Below are positions 43,291 through 55,491 of a DNA stretch of 64,000 bases, piece after piece. This stretch comes from Eledone cirrhosa. Its lineage: Eukaryota. Position numbers and translations under genes: made by a program. The notes under the pieces were generated by a model, which saw only the letters and a program-made list of their open reading frames with translations, did no database searches and was not told the origin of the DNA. The DNA is taken from NCBI GenBank assembly GCA_964016885.1, contig OZ024743.1, positions 108,872,001 through 108,936,000 of the forward strand. The letters are read 5' to 3'. Each line of letters starts with the position of its first letter. Position 1 is the first letter of the stretch.

Positions 43291-44859
43291 CTTTCAATCT
43301 GAGTTCATTTGACTTGATTAGGAGATTAAATATATCTAATCTAAGAAGTGAACAAACTTGGAATAATAATAATATTGGAAAAATGTTAGTGAAACGCCTT
43401 TCACAATAAATCGGCAGCATAATATCTGACTTGGCGCTAATTAATAGCAACAATTATCAAATCCTGTTGTAACAAAAAGTATAAGATTTAAAATTCACGT
43501 ATATTGAAATATAATTATAGCTCGCAGCAATATTTCTAGATAAATAACACTCATCAACGTAAATAAAATTTAAAAAGATATTTTCAACTACACTTGTGCG
43601 CAATAGACTAGCTTATGTAATTAACTAATTGATGTGTATTAGAGGCCGATAGAGTCAAGAGATATTTACATTATCGGGCTTCGTGTGATTAGATGAATAA
43701 TTGTTGGTGTCGATTACTAATGATGAACGGGTATATAGTTTTACATCTATGTGTATTCAGCTTAAGATACCAATCATCTTTAACCGTTACATTAAAATAT
43801 AAACTAAATTCCTAAGCCGTCACAAAACAAAGTGTTCTTGTTTACCATATGTCTGTAACTACACCCACTATCCACCATTTACCATACACACGCATACGCA
43901 CAGGTACACACCAACAAACAAGCATATTGCAAAACAAAAAAGAAATATAGATATATGAATTCTGCGTGTTGAGTTAAGGGATGGGGGGGGGCGAAGAGAG
44001 AAACCAGGCTGGAGATACATGGCAGAAAGCTTTGTAGTTACATGTGTCATAGTAATGACCAATTGATTGCGTTCTCTCTAGAAGAACTGGAAAAGGAATA
44101 ACGGAAAAAATACCTCATGAAGTAGAAAATGTTGTACCTAACAGGGAAGACAGTTAATGGCCAGGGCTGTCACTGAAACTACGCCAGTAGCAAAAACGTA
44201 GATAAATATGACTGAAGCTGTTATAAGTGCAACGAATCCATTCCCATTTCCTGAAGCCTAAATTACTGATATGTTGCGTTAAACTAGTACGAAGACGATG
44301 AGACGACCACTACCAGTAGAGGATAAAAACAATCCTCTTGGAAAAAATAATCTGAATAAATATAGCAAATTCCCAGGTAGTAGAAAGAAAAAGAAGAAAA
44401 CAATAGAAAAGTTGACAAAGCAAAACAAATGAATAAGATTTGACTAAAGCGATGAAGGAACACGGAAATTCCTCTCAAACGTGTACGCCATCCATCTCTA
44501 GAGCGCTTAAATTTTACGATAATTGACATAGAAACATTTACACTAAATAAACAGCTGGAAAATTTCAAAGAAGATAAGAAAAGTATAATATTGATAGGAG
44601 AGGTGTATTCTATGAGACAGATTGTCGTTTAAAATTACCGCTATGATTTTTCATGACCCAAAGAATGCCGGAGACATTGTTTTACGCATACAAGTTGCTT
44701 ACAAAGATAAAGAAAAAAATATGCGATGAATCCAATTAAAAAAAAAAGACGCTTCGGTATCGAAAGTTGTTTAAGTCGTGAGGCACCATGGTTATTCACA
44801 ATAAAGATCCATCTCTGCTCCTATTCGCGGGTGGGCTGCAATTATATCTCTATGTGTAC

Positions 44860-46370
44860 TAAATATTTCAAACACATCGAGGCGATCAGCACTGTTATGA
44901 GAGAAAACGAGGCGGTGACATGATAAAAGATTAACCAGTAAAAGTGGTTTGGTACCTAGAGCGGCAGGTCCATGCCGTCCAACAGAGTTATCGGGTGCTC
45001 GTCGGTTGCTCTCACTAAATTGCCAGGGATCGGAATTCGTCCGGAACGCAAAACGGAAAAGAAATCTGGGATGAGGTGACGAGTAGTGTGGCCACTCTCA
45101 TCCGCAAATGGACCAAGAATAAACTATCCGTGAAGGTTGACCTGGAGGTGGCGAACTTGTACATCGTGTCTATCATCTACTATTACCTCATCGTCGTGTC
45201 TTTTTCTAAACCTTATCTGAGTGGACAGCAGTATTTACTATTTCGCTTTTTGTGGAAAGGAAGCACTCCGATGATATGGCAGTCCATCTGCTTTCAACTG
45301 CTTGGAGAACTGGGTATGCCATGGGAGATGATGCGCCGACATTCAGCAGAGTTTCGCTAGGCACGATTTCCTCCAGGTTAGATGGAATTGTAATCCAGGG
45401 TCAAGCAGAGACAGAGAGGGATTGCGCGGAAACTAGAATGTCTTCAAGTGCTTACAGTTGTTTGTCAATCGGGCACTGTGATTGGAGAAACACCACCTTG
45501 GCGTTCTATAGAGAGTTAGTAATGAGCAAAAACAATGACGATCTTCGGGCAAAATTTGGACATCGATGAAAATCAAGCAACCATTCTCTTCCAGAGGTTT
45601 TCTGTCCAGGGCCAATGGACAATATCCATAAATCTCTCACATGACAGTGCTACTGCGGAGCGTTACCAGTTCGAGATAAACTTGACAGGCATAGAAGTGC
45701 AGTCAGCCTGGCCTGTCCGAGAATGTGAGCAGCGAGACGAAACCACCCTTCACACCCTCGTCCAGTGTCTGAATATCGCTGACATGTGGGTTTATTGTTA
45801 AATATCTGTTGTCACATGTGGGACAGATCCGGCTATCAGGAAGATCACTCCACCACCACCTTTAACCAGGAAGGGAAGGCTGTTTTTATCTGTTTTGTGG
45901 CTGTGGTGAAACTGGTCGAATGTTTCACGCGTCTGATAGCGTTGAAGAGGGGCACTTTCATTTCGCTGTCGCTCTGATTTCAGGTTTCAGTTGAAAAACA
46001 AACTCAGGGTGGAGAGGGCAGAGCTACCAACCAACCAGTTTGTTGAAAGGTGTGTGCGAGAGGCAAGAATGGACCGTGTGAAAGACCATGATCAGAGCGT
46101 GTGTCTGTAGTATTTTAGGAGGAAAACTAGGAGAGGGTGCTTGGCCTAGAGGTCAAAATAACCGTGGCTTTTCTTGGCTTTCTCCCCAATAAGCGTCGGT
46201 GGTCTCCCTACTATTGGAGAATTTCCCTTTGTTTCTACTTTTTTAATTTAGATGCTTTGCTTTTGTGTTTTTCTTTTGTTTTTTTAAACGGAGAAACCCA
46301 CATTTGTACCGCCTGTGCAGTCCTATATTTTTTTTATAAGCCCTTTTGTGGTTAATAACGAAGCATTATC
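44860..46370 (+). mobile_element. L1/Tx1-like LINE 3' portion
   Basis: KWTKNKLS...EVANLYIVSIIYY, LFRFLWKG, CEQRDETTLHTLVQC; 3' UTR resembles the other copies. Confidence 0.78.
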
Positions 46371-46593
46371 ACACACACATTTATACATATATATATTTAT
46401 GCATGTATGTATGTAAGTATGCATGTGTGTATGTGAATGTGAGTGTGTGTGTATGTGTGTCTGTGTACGATTCTGTAAATCGTCAGATGTTTTTTAACTT
46501 CTTTTGTATGAGATGTTTTGTATTCTTATTACGCTCCCTTGAAAGCAATAACCAAAGGATGATAAAAGCAACCACAAACACAACCTCAACAGG

Positions 46594-46665
46594 ACTACTA
46601 CTACTACTACTACTCCTATTACTACTACTACTACTACAGCAATAACTACTACTACTACAGCAATA

Positions 46666-46730
<65 letters not shown>

Positions 46731-46737
46731 AGCAATA

Positions 46738-46804
<67 letters not shown>

Positions 46805-46821
46805 ATACTACTACTACTACT
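46594..46821. repeat. (CTA)n trinucleotide repeat
   Basis: Directly visible. Confidence 0.95.
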
Positions 46822-47261
46822 GTTGCTGCTACTTATGATGATGATGACAATGTTGTTGTTGTTATTATTAGTATTATTATTTTATTATTATTAGTAGTAG
46901 TAAAGTATTAAATATTGTTGAGTACTATCAAATATATCATAACAAAACGCTTCAATATCATTAGTAAGCTTCTGAAAAGAAAAAGAAAATGTGTAACAAA
47001 CATCGTTAGCAGAAACAATACGAACAATGCAACAAGTATATTACCAGTAAATGGTTTCTACAGGGCTAGAACTGTTTCATTCGTATGAAATCTTCAAGAA
47101 TGTCTAACTGACTCATTGTGTGGTTGATACTATAGGTTTCTTAGTGGTTGCAGATGGGGTGAGCGTCCTATTTTAAGGAGTAGACATCTAGTAATGGATT
47201 AGGGAGGAGTGGGAGAGGATCTCGTCCCTGTTTCTGTTATTTATTATTATTGTTAGGAATA

Positions 47262-47722
47262 CGGGCGGTAAATTGGCAGTATCAGTAGAGGGTCGGACGC
47301 CATGCTTTGACGTATAGAGTTACGGCCCTTGCCATTCTTACTTCAAATCCCGCCGAGGTTAACTTTGCCTTTCATCCTTACGGGGACGATAAAATAAAGT
47401 ACCAGTAATCTACTGTGTATTTGCTGGCCTAGTGCCTAAAGTAGAAACAATTATTATTGTTAGGATTGGCAGTATCGGTAGAGCGTCGAACACCATGCTT
47501 TGCAGCACCAATTTTAACCCATTACGTTCTGAGTCCAAATCCCGCCGCGGTTAGCTCTGCCTTTCATCCTGATGGGATAACATACCAGTGATGCAGTGGT
47601 GTAATTGCTGGCCTTGTGCTAGAGGTGGGGGCAATTATTGTTGTTAGGATTGGCAGAATCATTAAAGCGTTGGACCAAGTGATTTGAGGCATCTAGTTAT
47701 GACCCTTTGTACTCTGAGTTCA
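47262..47722 (+). mobile_element. Head-to-tail array of three tRNA-derived SINEs (third truncated)
   Basis: A-box-like ttggcagtatc near 47273 and 47466 and ttggcagaatc near 47650; tgcctttcatcct cores in the first two; junctions attattgttagga. Confidence 0.82.
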
Positions 47723-48128
47723 TGTCCACCCACTCACAAAATCTATATCTTTCTTTCTTTCTATGCTATATACCCCATATATATATATATACAAGTAACT
47801 GGCTTCTACTCTCAAGGGGGTGAAACTAATAAACCTTTGTTCGTACTGCCTCTCTGTTTTGTATATGTATATGCAGATGGATAGATAGAGATAGATAGGT
47901 AAATATATAGATAGATATGTACATAGATAGATAGAAAAAAATGTATGCATGGCTGAATTTTTGTCAAGGAAACAATTGGACGGGGGAACGGGAATTGTTA
48001 ATGCGGTTGTACAGTGTTATTACGTTTAATAAGGAATACAAATTTCAATAATAACAACAATAATAAAATTCGCTGCCGCAATAGTATTTATAATTGAAAT
48101 ATAGCGATGATAGTAATGATGATTTCTG

Positions 48129-48265
48129 ATTTAGGCACAAGGCCAACAATTTTGAGGGAGGAAGAAGTCGATTAAATCGACATGCGTACAGTGTTAGTTT
48201 ATCGATCCTGTAAGGATGAAAGGCTAAGATTACATCGGCGGGATTTCAACTCAGAACGCAAAAGA
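48129..48265 (-). mobile_element. tRNA-derived SINE fragment
   Basis: ggcacaaggcca...aggatgaaaggc...ggcgggatttcaactcagaac. Confidence 0.75.
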
Positions 48266-48274
48266 CCATAACTA

Positions 48275-48480
48275 TAATAATAATATTTCTTTATTATCCA
48301 CATCACCGGGTTCACAAAAAGAAAACATTAAAGACGGCACAGGATGGTGCAGTGTGGGATTTTCTTTTTGTGTAAAATAAAATATAAATAAAACCCAAAC
48401 ATATCAAATTTCCTAAAAGTGGGGAGACACCGAGGGTCGCTCTTGCAGGAATCCCACAAAAAGGCCGTTTGTTACTATCC
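48275..48480 (-). mobile_element. Tx1-like LINE 3' UTR fragment
   Basis: Reverse strand ends aataaagaaatattattatt, like the other Tx1 tails. Confidence 0.5.
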
Positions 48481-49143
48481 CGTGTGCACTAGAGGAAGTT
48501 GTATTGATCTTAACGCATCGAAACAACGTATGTCTAACGGTCAACTGATGAAATGAAACTACTGTGAGTATCCGTTCATTTTCCTGTTTTCGCTCATATA
48601 TTTTATTTATTCATTCGTATGTTTTCGGCAAGCCGAACTCTCTTTTTTCAAAACGCTATATTTTATCTTACACCTCCACGTTTGTCTATCTTCCTGCACA
48701 TACACTCTTTCTCTTTCACTCTGCTGGTTGCACTTCTGTTTTAAGGACTGAACGTCCAATCAAACTGACAATAATTTTATTAACGTTTCCATATACTTTA
48801 TCTCTTCTCATTGTTCTTGGCTAATCTATATTTTGCGCTTCATCAATATCTTTAGAGTTGCAGATCATATGGTTAGTGGTTAAGTTGCTATTATTTCTAA
48901 ACAGTCACTAAGATGGTCGTCTTGTCCTTTGACCACTTTTTATTACCACTTGTGCCATATAGCGAGGTGTATTGACTCTAAAAACACGGAAACGGCGTAT
49001 CGCTAGTGATCATCTGATGAGATGGGACGAATGTCTGTATTCGTTCATTTTACTGTCTTTCGTCATACACGCTGTGTTCACTATATATATATATATAGAT
49101 ATATATATTTATATATCTATATATATATATATATAATTAGAAT

Positions 49144-49640
49144 TCTGAAATAGCAATACATATATGCATGTATATATAATGTATTTTGCAATACACTTTA
49201 TGCTTAATTAAAAGCATTTTGAAGACCGTATGCTATTGTTTTAGAGTAGTGACAAATTCACTTACTTTAATCTCAGCAAACAGGGGAGATAAGCCGACAA
49301 GACCTTGTTTCGCATTTATTGATGCTTATCAAGGCTAACTACTCCCTCCTGTCTGCCGAGATCACTGATGTTATATTCTTATAGAATTCTAGTAAATAAT
49401 CAGGAACTGATTATACAGAGCGGTTGTTGGTCAGGCAGAAATAAAAAAATAGAATTGGAGCTCTGAAATAGCAATATATATATGGATGTATATATAATGT
49501 ATTTTGCAATACACTGTATGCTTAATTAAAAGCATTTTGAAGACCGTATGCTATTGTTTTAGAGTAGTGACAAATTATTTACTAGAATTCTATAAGAATA
49601 TAACATCAGTGATCTCGGCAGACAGGAGAGAGTAGTTAGC
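49144..49640 (-). mobile_element. Non-coding hammerhead-bearing partial tandem (318-bp unit) with 5' inverted segment; retrozyme-like
   Basis: Direct repeats 49144-49258 and 49462-49576; 49575-49640 is the reverse complement of 49334-49399; TA-rich tract at the 3' side. Confidence 0.75.
49270..49362 (-). ncRNA. Full-length type I hammerhead ribozyme, U3-A8 variant
   Basis: AGCC-UUGAUAA-GCAU-CAAUAA-AUGC-GAAA-CAAG-GU-CUUG-UC/GGCU; stem I extends past a bulge (CUCGGCAGACAGG pairs with CCUGUUUGCUGAG). Confidence 0.85.
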
Positions 49641-49691
49641 AGATTGCCAGGGGATGTGTTTATTTGCCAAACGTAAACGCATTTATATCAC

Positions 49692-49841
49692 CTTCTTCTT
49701 CTTCTTCTTCTTCTTCTTCTTCTTCTTCTTCTTCTTCTTCTTCTTCTTCTTCTTCTTCTTCTTCTTCTTCTTCTTCTTCTTCTTCTTCTTCTTCTTCTTC
49801 TTCTTCTTCTTCTTCTTCTTCTTCTTCTTCTTCTTCTTCTT
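49692..49841. repeat. (CTT)n/(GAA)n pure trinucleotide tract
   Basis: Directly visible, about 50 units. Confidence 0.98.
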
Positions 49842-51335
49842 TTGCTTCTGCTGTGCCCAATTATTCCTGGGTGTATCATAGGACAGAACTCTCAAGCACG
49901 CCTTGCAGTGGGTCCTGGCAGCAACAACTCTCTCCAATTGGAAACCAGACAAGCTTAATTGATGTCATCCAACCATCCTGCTCTGTGTCTACTTTGAGCG
50001 ACTCTCTCATCTCCAAGTCACGCATTCTATAACATAAGGCTACTCCATTCGGGGGAAACTCATTTCTGGGGCTTGAATTGACAACAAAGCAATGGCAATC
50101 GTTAGTGATAATCTCACAATTAAAAACGAAAGATAAGAGACAGATTGCTCTAATTCATGACATGAATAGCCTTTCGAACTTACATGTGCAGGTCAATTTT
50201 GCGAGTGAAGTGGACCAGAATAAAAACAAATAGAGTTCTTTCTCAGGGACAAAACGTTCGGAATTGTGCAAATCTAAATCCTGTGGATACGAATCTGGGA
50301 TGAAAGCTTTACCACGAAGCCACGCATGCAGAAACACATACATTCTTACCTACAAACGTATATGCATATTCCTACATACATATGCATACGTACACCATAC
50401 ACGCACATACATAAAGACTCACAAATACACATAAATACATACATTCTTACAAACATACAAACATCTACACACACGCACACACGTGCAGACATATATACAC
50501 GCACACGCACATACATACACACACACTCTCTCTCTCACACACACATATATATGTATATATATTTATATACAGATTGACGGTGATTTTCATGGTTGATGTG
50601 AGAAAGAGAGAAAATCTAGTTGACTATTAATGCTTTCATCGGAAAGAACGTGTAGAAAAAAAACAAAACTGATAAATGTATTTATATGTCTATTTATTTA
50701 TTTACATATAGGTTTCATCTTGTTACTCTGATAAATAAATTTGTAGTGTTCCGAAATTATTTTAGTCCTTAGATTCTTTTGAGTGTCGTTTTTTGTATTG
50801 TTTACTATTGGATATATGTCTAGCTTAATTTAACCTTGTGCTGCTGTTGTTGTTATTATCTACCATTAAATCTCTCTTTAATTATCCGGCGAAGTTTTGT
50901 TGAAAAAGAAAATAGAAGAGAAATACTTATTTCAATACCATCAACAACAACAACAACACTAACCACAGCAGCAACAGCGATAACTAAAAATAACCGTAAA
51001 AATAGGGATAAAAATATATAGGATATAGGAAAAAATATTGGGGAATAATTTAAATTGAGCATGTTTTTCCTGGCTACCATTAGTGAGGAATTCAATAACG
51101 TAAAAAACTCCAAGAAGAACATATAGACTGATAGATTACATAGAAAAAAATAGATTGAAACCCAATAAAAATATAGACAAGAAGGAAGGACAAACAAATC
51201 AATTAAAATGATTTGCTAGAAAGTTGCGAACCCATCAGTTTATGTTTAATTCAAATTTATTTGTTCAGATGTTTATAGAGTCTGGTCTCTTGTTATTGTT
51301 ATTTTTTCATTTAGTGTTCTTCTAGTGGCCTCCTC

Positions 51336-51526
51336 TTACTATTACTACCGCTGCTGCTGCTGCTACTACTACTACTACTACTACTGTTGGTGCTGCTGCT
51401 CTGCTACTACTACTACTGATATTACTACTACTACTAACACTACTACTACTTCTACTACTGCTACTGCTGCTGCTGCTGCTACTACTACTACTACTACTAC
51501 TACTACTGCAATTACTGCTGCTGCTG

Positions 51527-51564
<38 letters not shown>

Positions 51565-51592
51565 GCAACTACTGCTGCTGCTGCTGCTGCTG

Positions 51593-51625
<33 letters not shown>
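51336..51625. repeat. Mixed (CTA)/(CTG) trinucleotide tract
   Basis: Directly visible. Confidence 0.93.
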
Positions 51626-52933
51626 CCACCTCTTCTTTTACTACTCCCACCCCTTCTTTTATCCTTACTTCATAAACTTATTGTCAGTCGATACAATTGT
51701 AAGAACATCATATTGACTGATTTGCGCATTCCTTCCAGTTCTCTACATTGTGAGAGTGCGAAGCACACTCAGGTCATTTTTTCTTTCATTTTCGCTTTGA
51801 ATAGCGGGGTTGACATAGAAAGGACTGGTCAAGAACTTGACTTGATGTTTTGTCTTTTTGCCTGTCACTCTTTTGTTATTTCTTTCATCTAGTCTCACAC
51901 TCTCACTATATATATATCTCTCTCTCTTTCTTTCTCCTATTCTGCCTTTCACCCCACTCTTTGGCTATATCTAGCTATTACATTTTTTCCTGTTTCGTAG
52001 TAGTAATTCTAGTAGACAAACTAATGTTGTCTTTTGTTATTTTGGCCTGATAGCGTACACGTGTATATGGGATAGGCAGTCATTTATAGGTTAATTTAAA
52101 GAGTAAGAGTTAATTCTGTAAATCTCTTAATTCCCATCGTTCAAACCCATGTAGAACCTATCACTACCACCATACATATTTATTTGTCTTCTACTTTCAA
52201 AATACAGAAAAATCACTCACATGATAAAGGTCCATAATAAAAGCTTTTTCATATACAACCCTTTAGTGCTTAAAATGTTCAGGCATAATATACACCGCCG
52301 TACATTATATAAGATGTCTTCTTTTTTGTATATCGTTATTTATGACAACTTTTCTTGATATTTCTAGCAATTCAAATGAATGTGCTGAGTCTTCGTTTTC
52401 GTACGAATTTCTTGAGGTCACTGTTATTTTTTAGCCCCAAATCAACACCCATTATCCGAACCAATGATCAGAAGTATTTCATCAAGAACTAAAGAATACA
52501 CGATTTAGGAAAACGGTTGGCTGTATTTTCAGAGAGATATGGTTGTTTTTTTCGAACTTATTGATGTGAAAGATTTCAAAATGAACCACACTATTACTGT
52601 ATTAGAAATATATATATATACATTCTATTTACAGCTAACATTTTAAAACTTAATATTATGTTTCTTTCTTTTTAGCAATTTGCGTATTGACTTCCTGCCA
52701 TTTTGTTTTAACCATGACAGTTAATTGAGCTCGCAGACTATTTCGTTTCAATTTTACTCATCTAATTTAGGAGAAAATTTCCGAAGAGCAATGGTTATTG
52801 ACATTAATGCCACCGGCAAATGTTCTTTAATATATTAAACGAAGATTTTTAATTAACTTGTAAAACGAAAATAAAAGAAGAAAAGAGACCATAACTGAAA
52901 TAAAATAATATCAACAATTATTAAACAAACAAA

Positions 52934-53168
<235 letters not shown>

Positions 53169-53857
53169 ATGTATATAGCTATACAAAAAAATATCACATG
53201 TAACAAATATTTATTTCCGGCTCTTTTGTGGTATAAACTGCTTTTGAAGAAATAATTACACCCAAATTAGTTGCTGAAATATTTCAATCTAATGGTCAAA
53301 GTGATAACATCTTCCATCAAATCATATTAGTTTTCCTTGATAAAAGATGGTTATCTATTTGTATAAATTTAGCCAAAAAACATTTAAGCAGCAATTGAAT
53401 GTAACTAAACAAAGATAATTATGAGATTTTTTAATATTTGTGTTTATTTCTTTAAAAAAATATTTCAATTTATATATTTATTATGTTTGTTAAAATTTAA
53501 TTAAATTTACCAAAATGAAGATATATTTTTATTTTTTCTTCTTTTATCTTTAATTATTGTTCAAATATAAACAAGTTATATATTACTGCAAGCTATGTTC
53601 CCCAAATCAATATTTAATCGATATGAAGTTCGGAGTTGTCTCCCCTGACTTTGACAAGAATAAATCATAAACGTTAATGGTTTCTCTTTAGTTTACGGGC
53701 TGAAAAACCTCCGGAGAGATAAACCTATGATATATACAATTTGTTTTCTCTTTACATCGAAGCTAATGTGTATGCTTATTAACGGATTCTAACATTTCTT
53801 ATTTCTCACCCATACATGTATATATGTCTGTGTGTGTGTGCGTCTGTGTGAGTGTGA

Positions 53858-53946
<89 letters not shown>

Positions 53947-54118
53947 AGAGCAATAATAAACCTAACCCTAACCGCAGTGATATAAAAATGATATTTGTAA
54001 TATGTATAAACAATTGATGTTAGCAAACCCTTTTTTCTCCGCTTTGGATCATCAAAAGACCTGTTATTAGGTTACATTTTATTTTCGTTAAAACTCCTGC
54101 ATGCTGATTTTCGACCTT

Positions 54119-54172
<54 letters not shown>

Positions 54173-54231
54173 GACAAAAAGAGAATAAGAATTGCAGATT
54201 TTGTAAACTTTATTTCATATTATCGGTTAAG

Positions 54232-54640
54232 TGAACATCTCTTTGTTTCTTTCCTATAAAGGCATGATTTATCCGGAATATTCCAGTTAATCGTGCATGG
54301 GTTTCCTTTATTCTTCAGGTCGCACATACGATTTGCCAGTGCCATGGCTGCGCTAATTTCCTAATGTTTGAATGATTGATATGTGAATTGTACCCTTGTT
54401 TAAACAGGTCCTGTGCCATACTCATATAGTGTTGTCTTATCTTTTTGTGGTTGGTGATACTGGGCATGTTATTGGCTTCCTACACGATCGGAGTTGTGTC
54501 TCATGTTTGTTGCAGTGGGTATTCTCCGTTTACGCTGCATGAATACCCCACATTTACATCAGGTTAATTGCTATTTGTAATGTTCGCCCTCATGCAGATA
54601 TTTACTGACTGCCTATTGAAACATTTCCCATACATTTGTT
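54232..54640 (-). mobile_element. Highly degenerate Penelope-like GIY-YIG region
   Basis: Pieces HYMSMAQDLFKQGYNSH, ALANRMCDLKNK and INWNIPDKSCLYRKETKRCSL resemble the PLE pattern YIG..FK.RY.NH...IW.LK...I.W.I...RC.LC. Confidence 0.5.
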
Positions 54641-55304
54641 CAGGAGGAGGGGATATTCATCTAATAACCGTACACTGATTGTGTATATAAAACAAAATGG
54701 GATGTAGGGATATATCTGGAAGGAAGATTTTGCTTCCAAAACTGTCATGAACTGAAATGGCTGGAGGAGTCAGAGGAAACTGCAGAAAATAGGACACTCT
54801 ATTGACCTCAATAAGATATTACTCTTTACTATGTTATTGTGTACACATTTTTGCGTTTAGCAACAGTATTCTGTAAGATATTTGTAAAAGGGTGCTATTT
54901 TACTTCTTCTGTCATCTGTATTCATTTGCAATGTAAGCTCATGTTTAGAGATAATAAACGTTTAGTATTCAATGTTGTTGTTTATTGGTTTCCATCATTT
55001 TCATTTTACATAGACACTTATGTGTATTTCATATTTGATGTAAAAACCTCGTTTAACCTTTTATGATAGTCAATATGTACAGAGCAATTTGTACATCTTC
55101 CACCGGCTTTATTAGTTAGTACTAGCTGGATAGATATGTCCATCCGTTTCGGTAAAGTATGTCACGGCTGATTTTATGTGCAGCCCTATGTGACGAAATG
55201 CTATATATAACGTAAATTTTAGAACAATGTCTTTCTGCAGCGATGAAAGTAAAGCAGAAACAGATGTTTCCTTCCTAATACAACGAGTAAGTCATACACA
55301 TAAT

Positions 55305-55491
55305 TGTTTCTACTTTTTGGCACAAGGCCAGCAATTACCCAGTGCATTACTGGTACTTTATTTTACCGACCCCGTAAGGATGAAAGGAAAAGTTAGCCTC
55401 GGCGGGATTCGAACTCAGAATGGCAAGGGCCGTAACTCTGTGCGTTAAAGCATAGCTTCCGACCTCTACCGATACTGCCAATCCACCGCAG
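55305..55491 (-). mobile_element. Full-length tRNA-derived SINE
   Basis: A box tggcagtatcgg, B box gagttcgaatccc, tttcatccttacggggtcg core; possible 7-bp TSD acataat. Confidence 0.85.

Noticed and set aside
47262-47722. CRISPR-like repeat-spacer appearance
   Set aside because: Eukaryotic context, units are ~190-bp SINEs, and no cas genes are present.
49014-49036. CTGATGA motif
   Set aside because: No stem II-GAAA-stem III follows.
55150-55210. GTCAC...GTGAC-GAAA half hammerhead
   Set aside because: No CUGANGA or UUGANAA core and no stem I.
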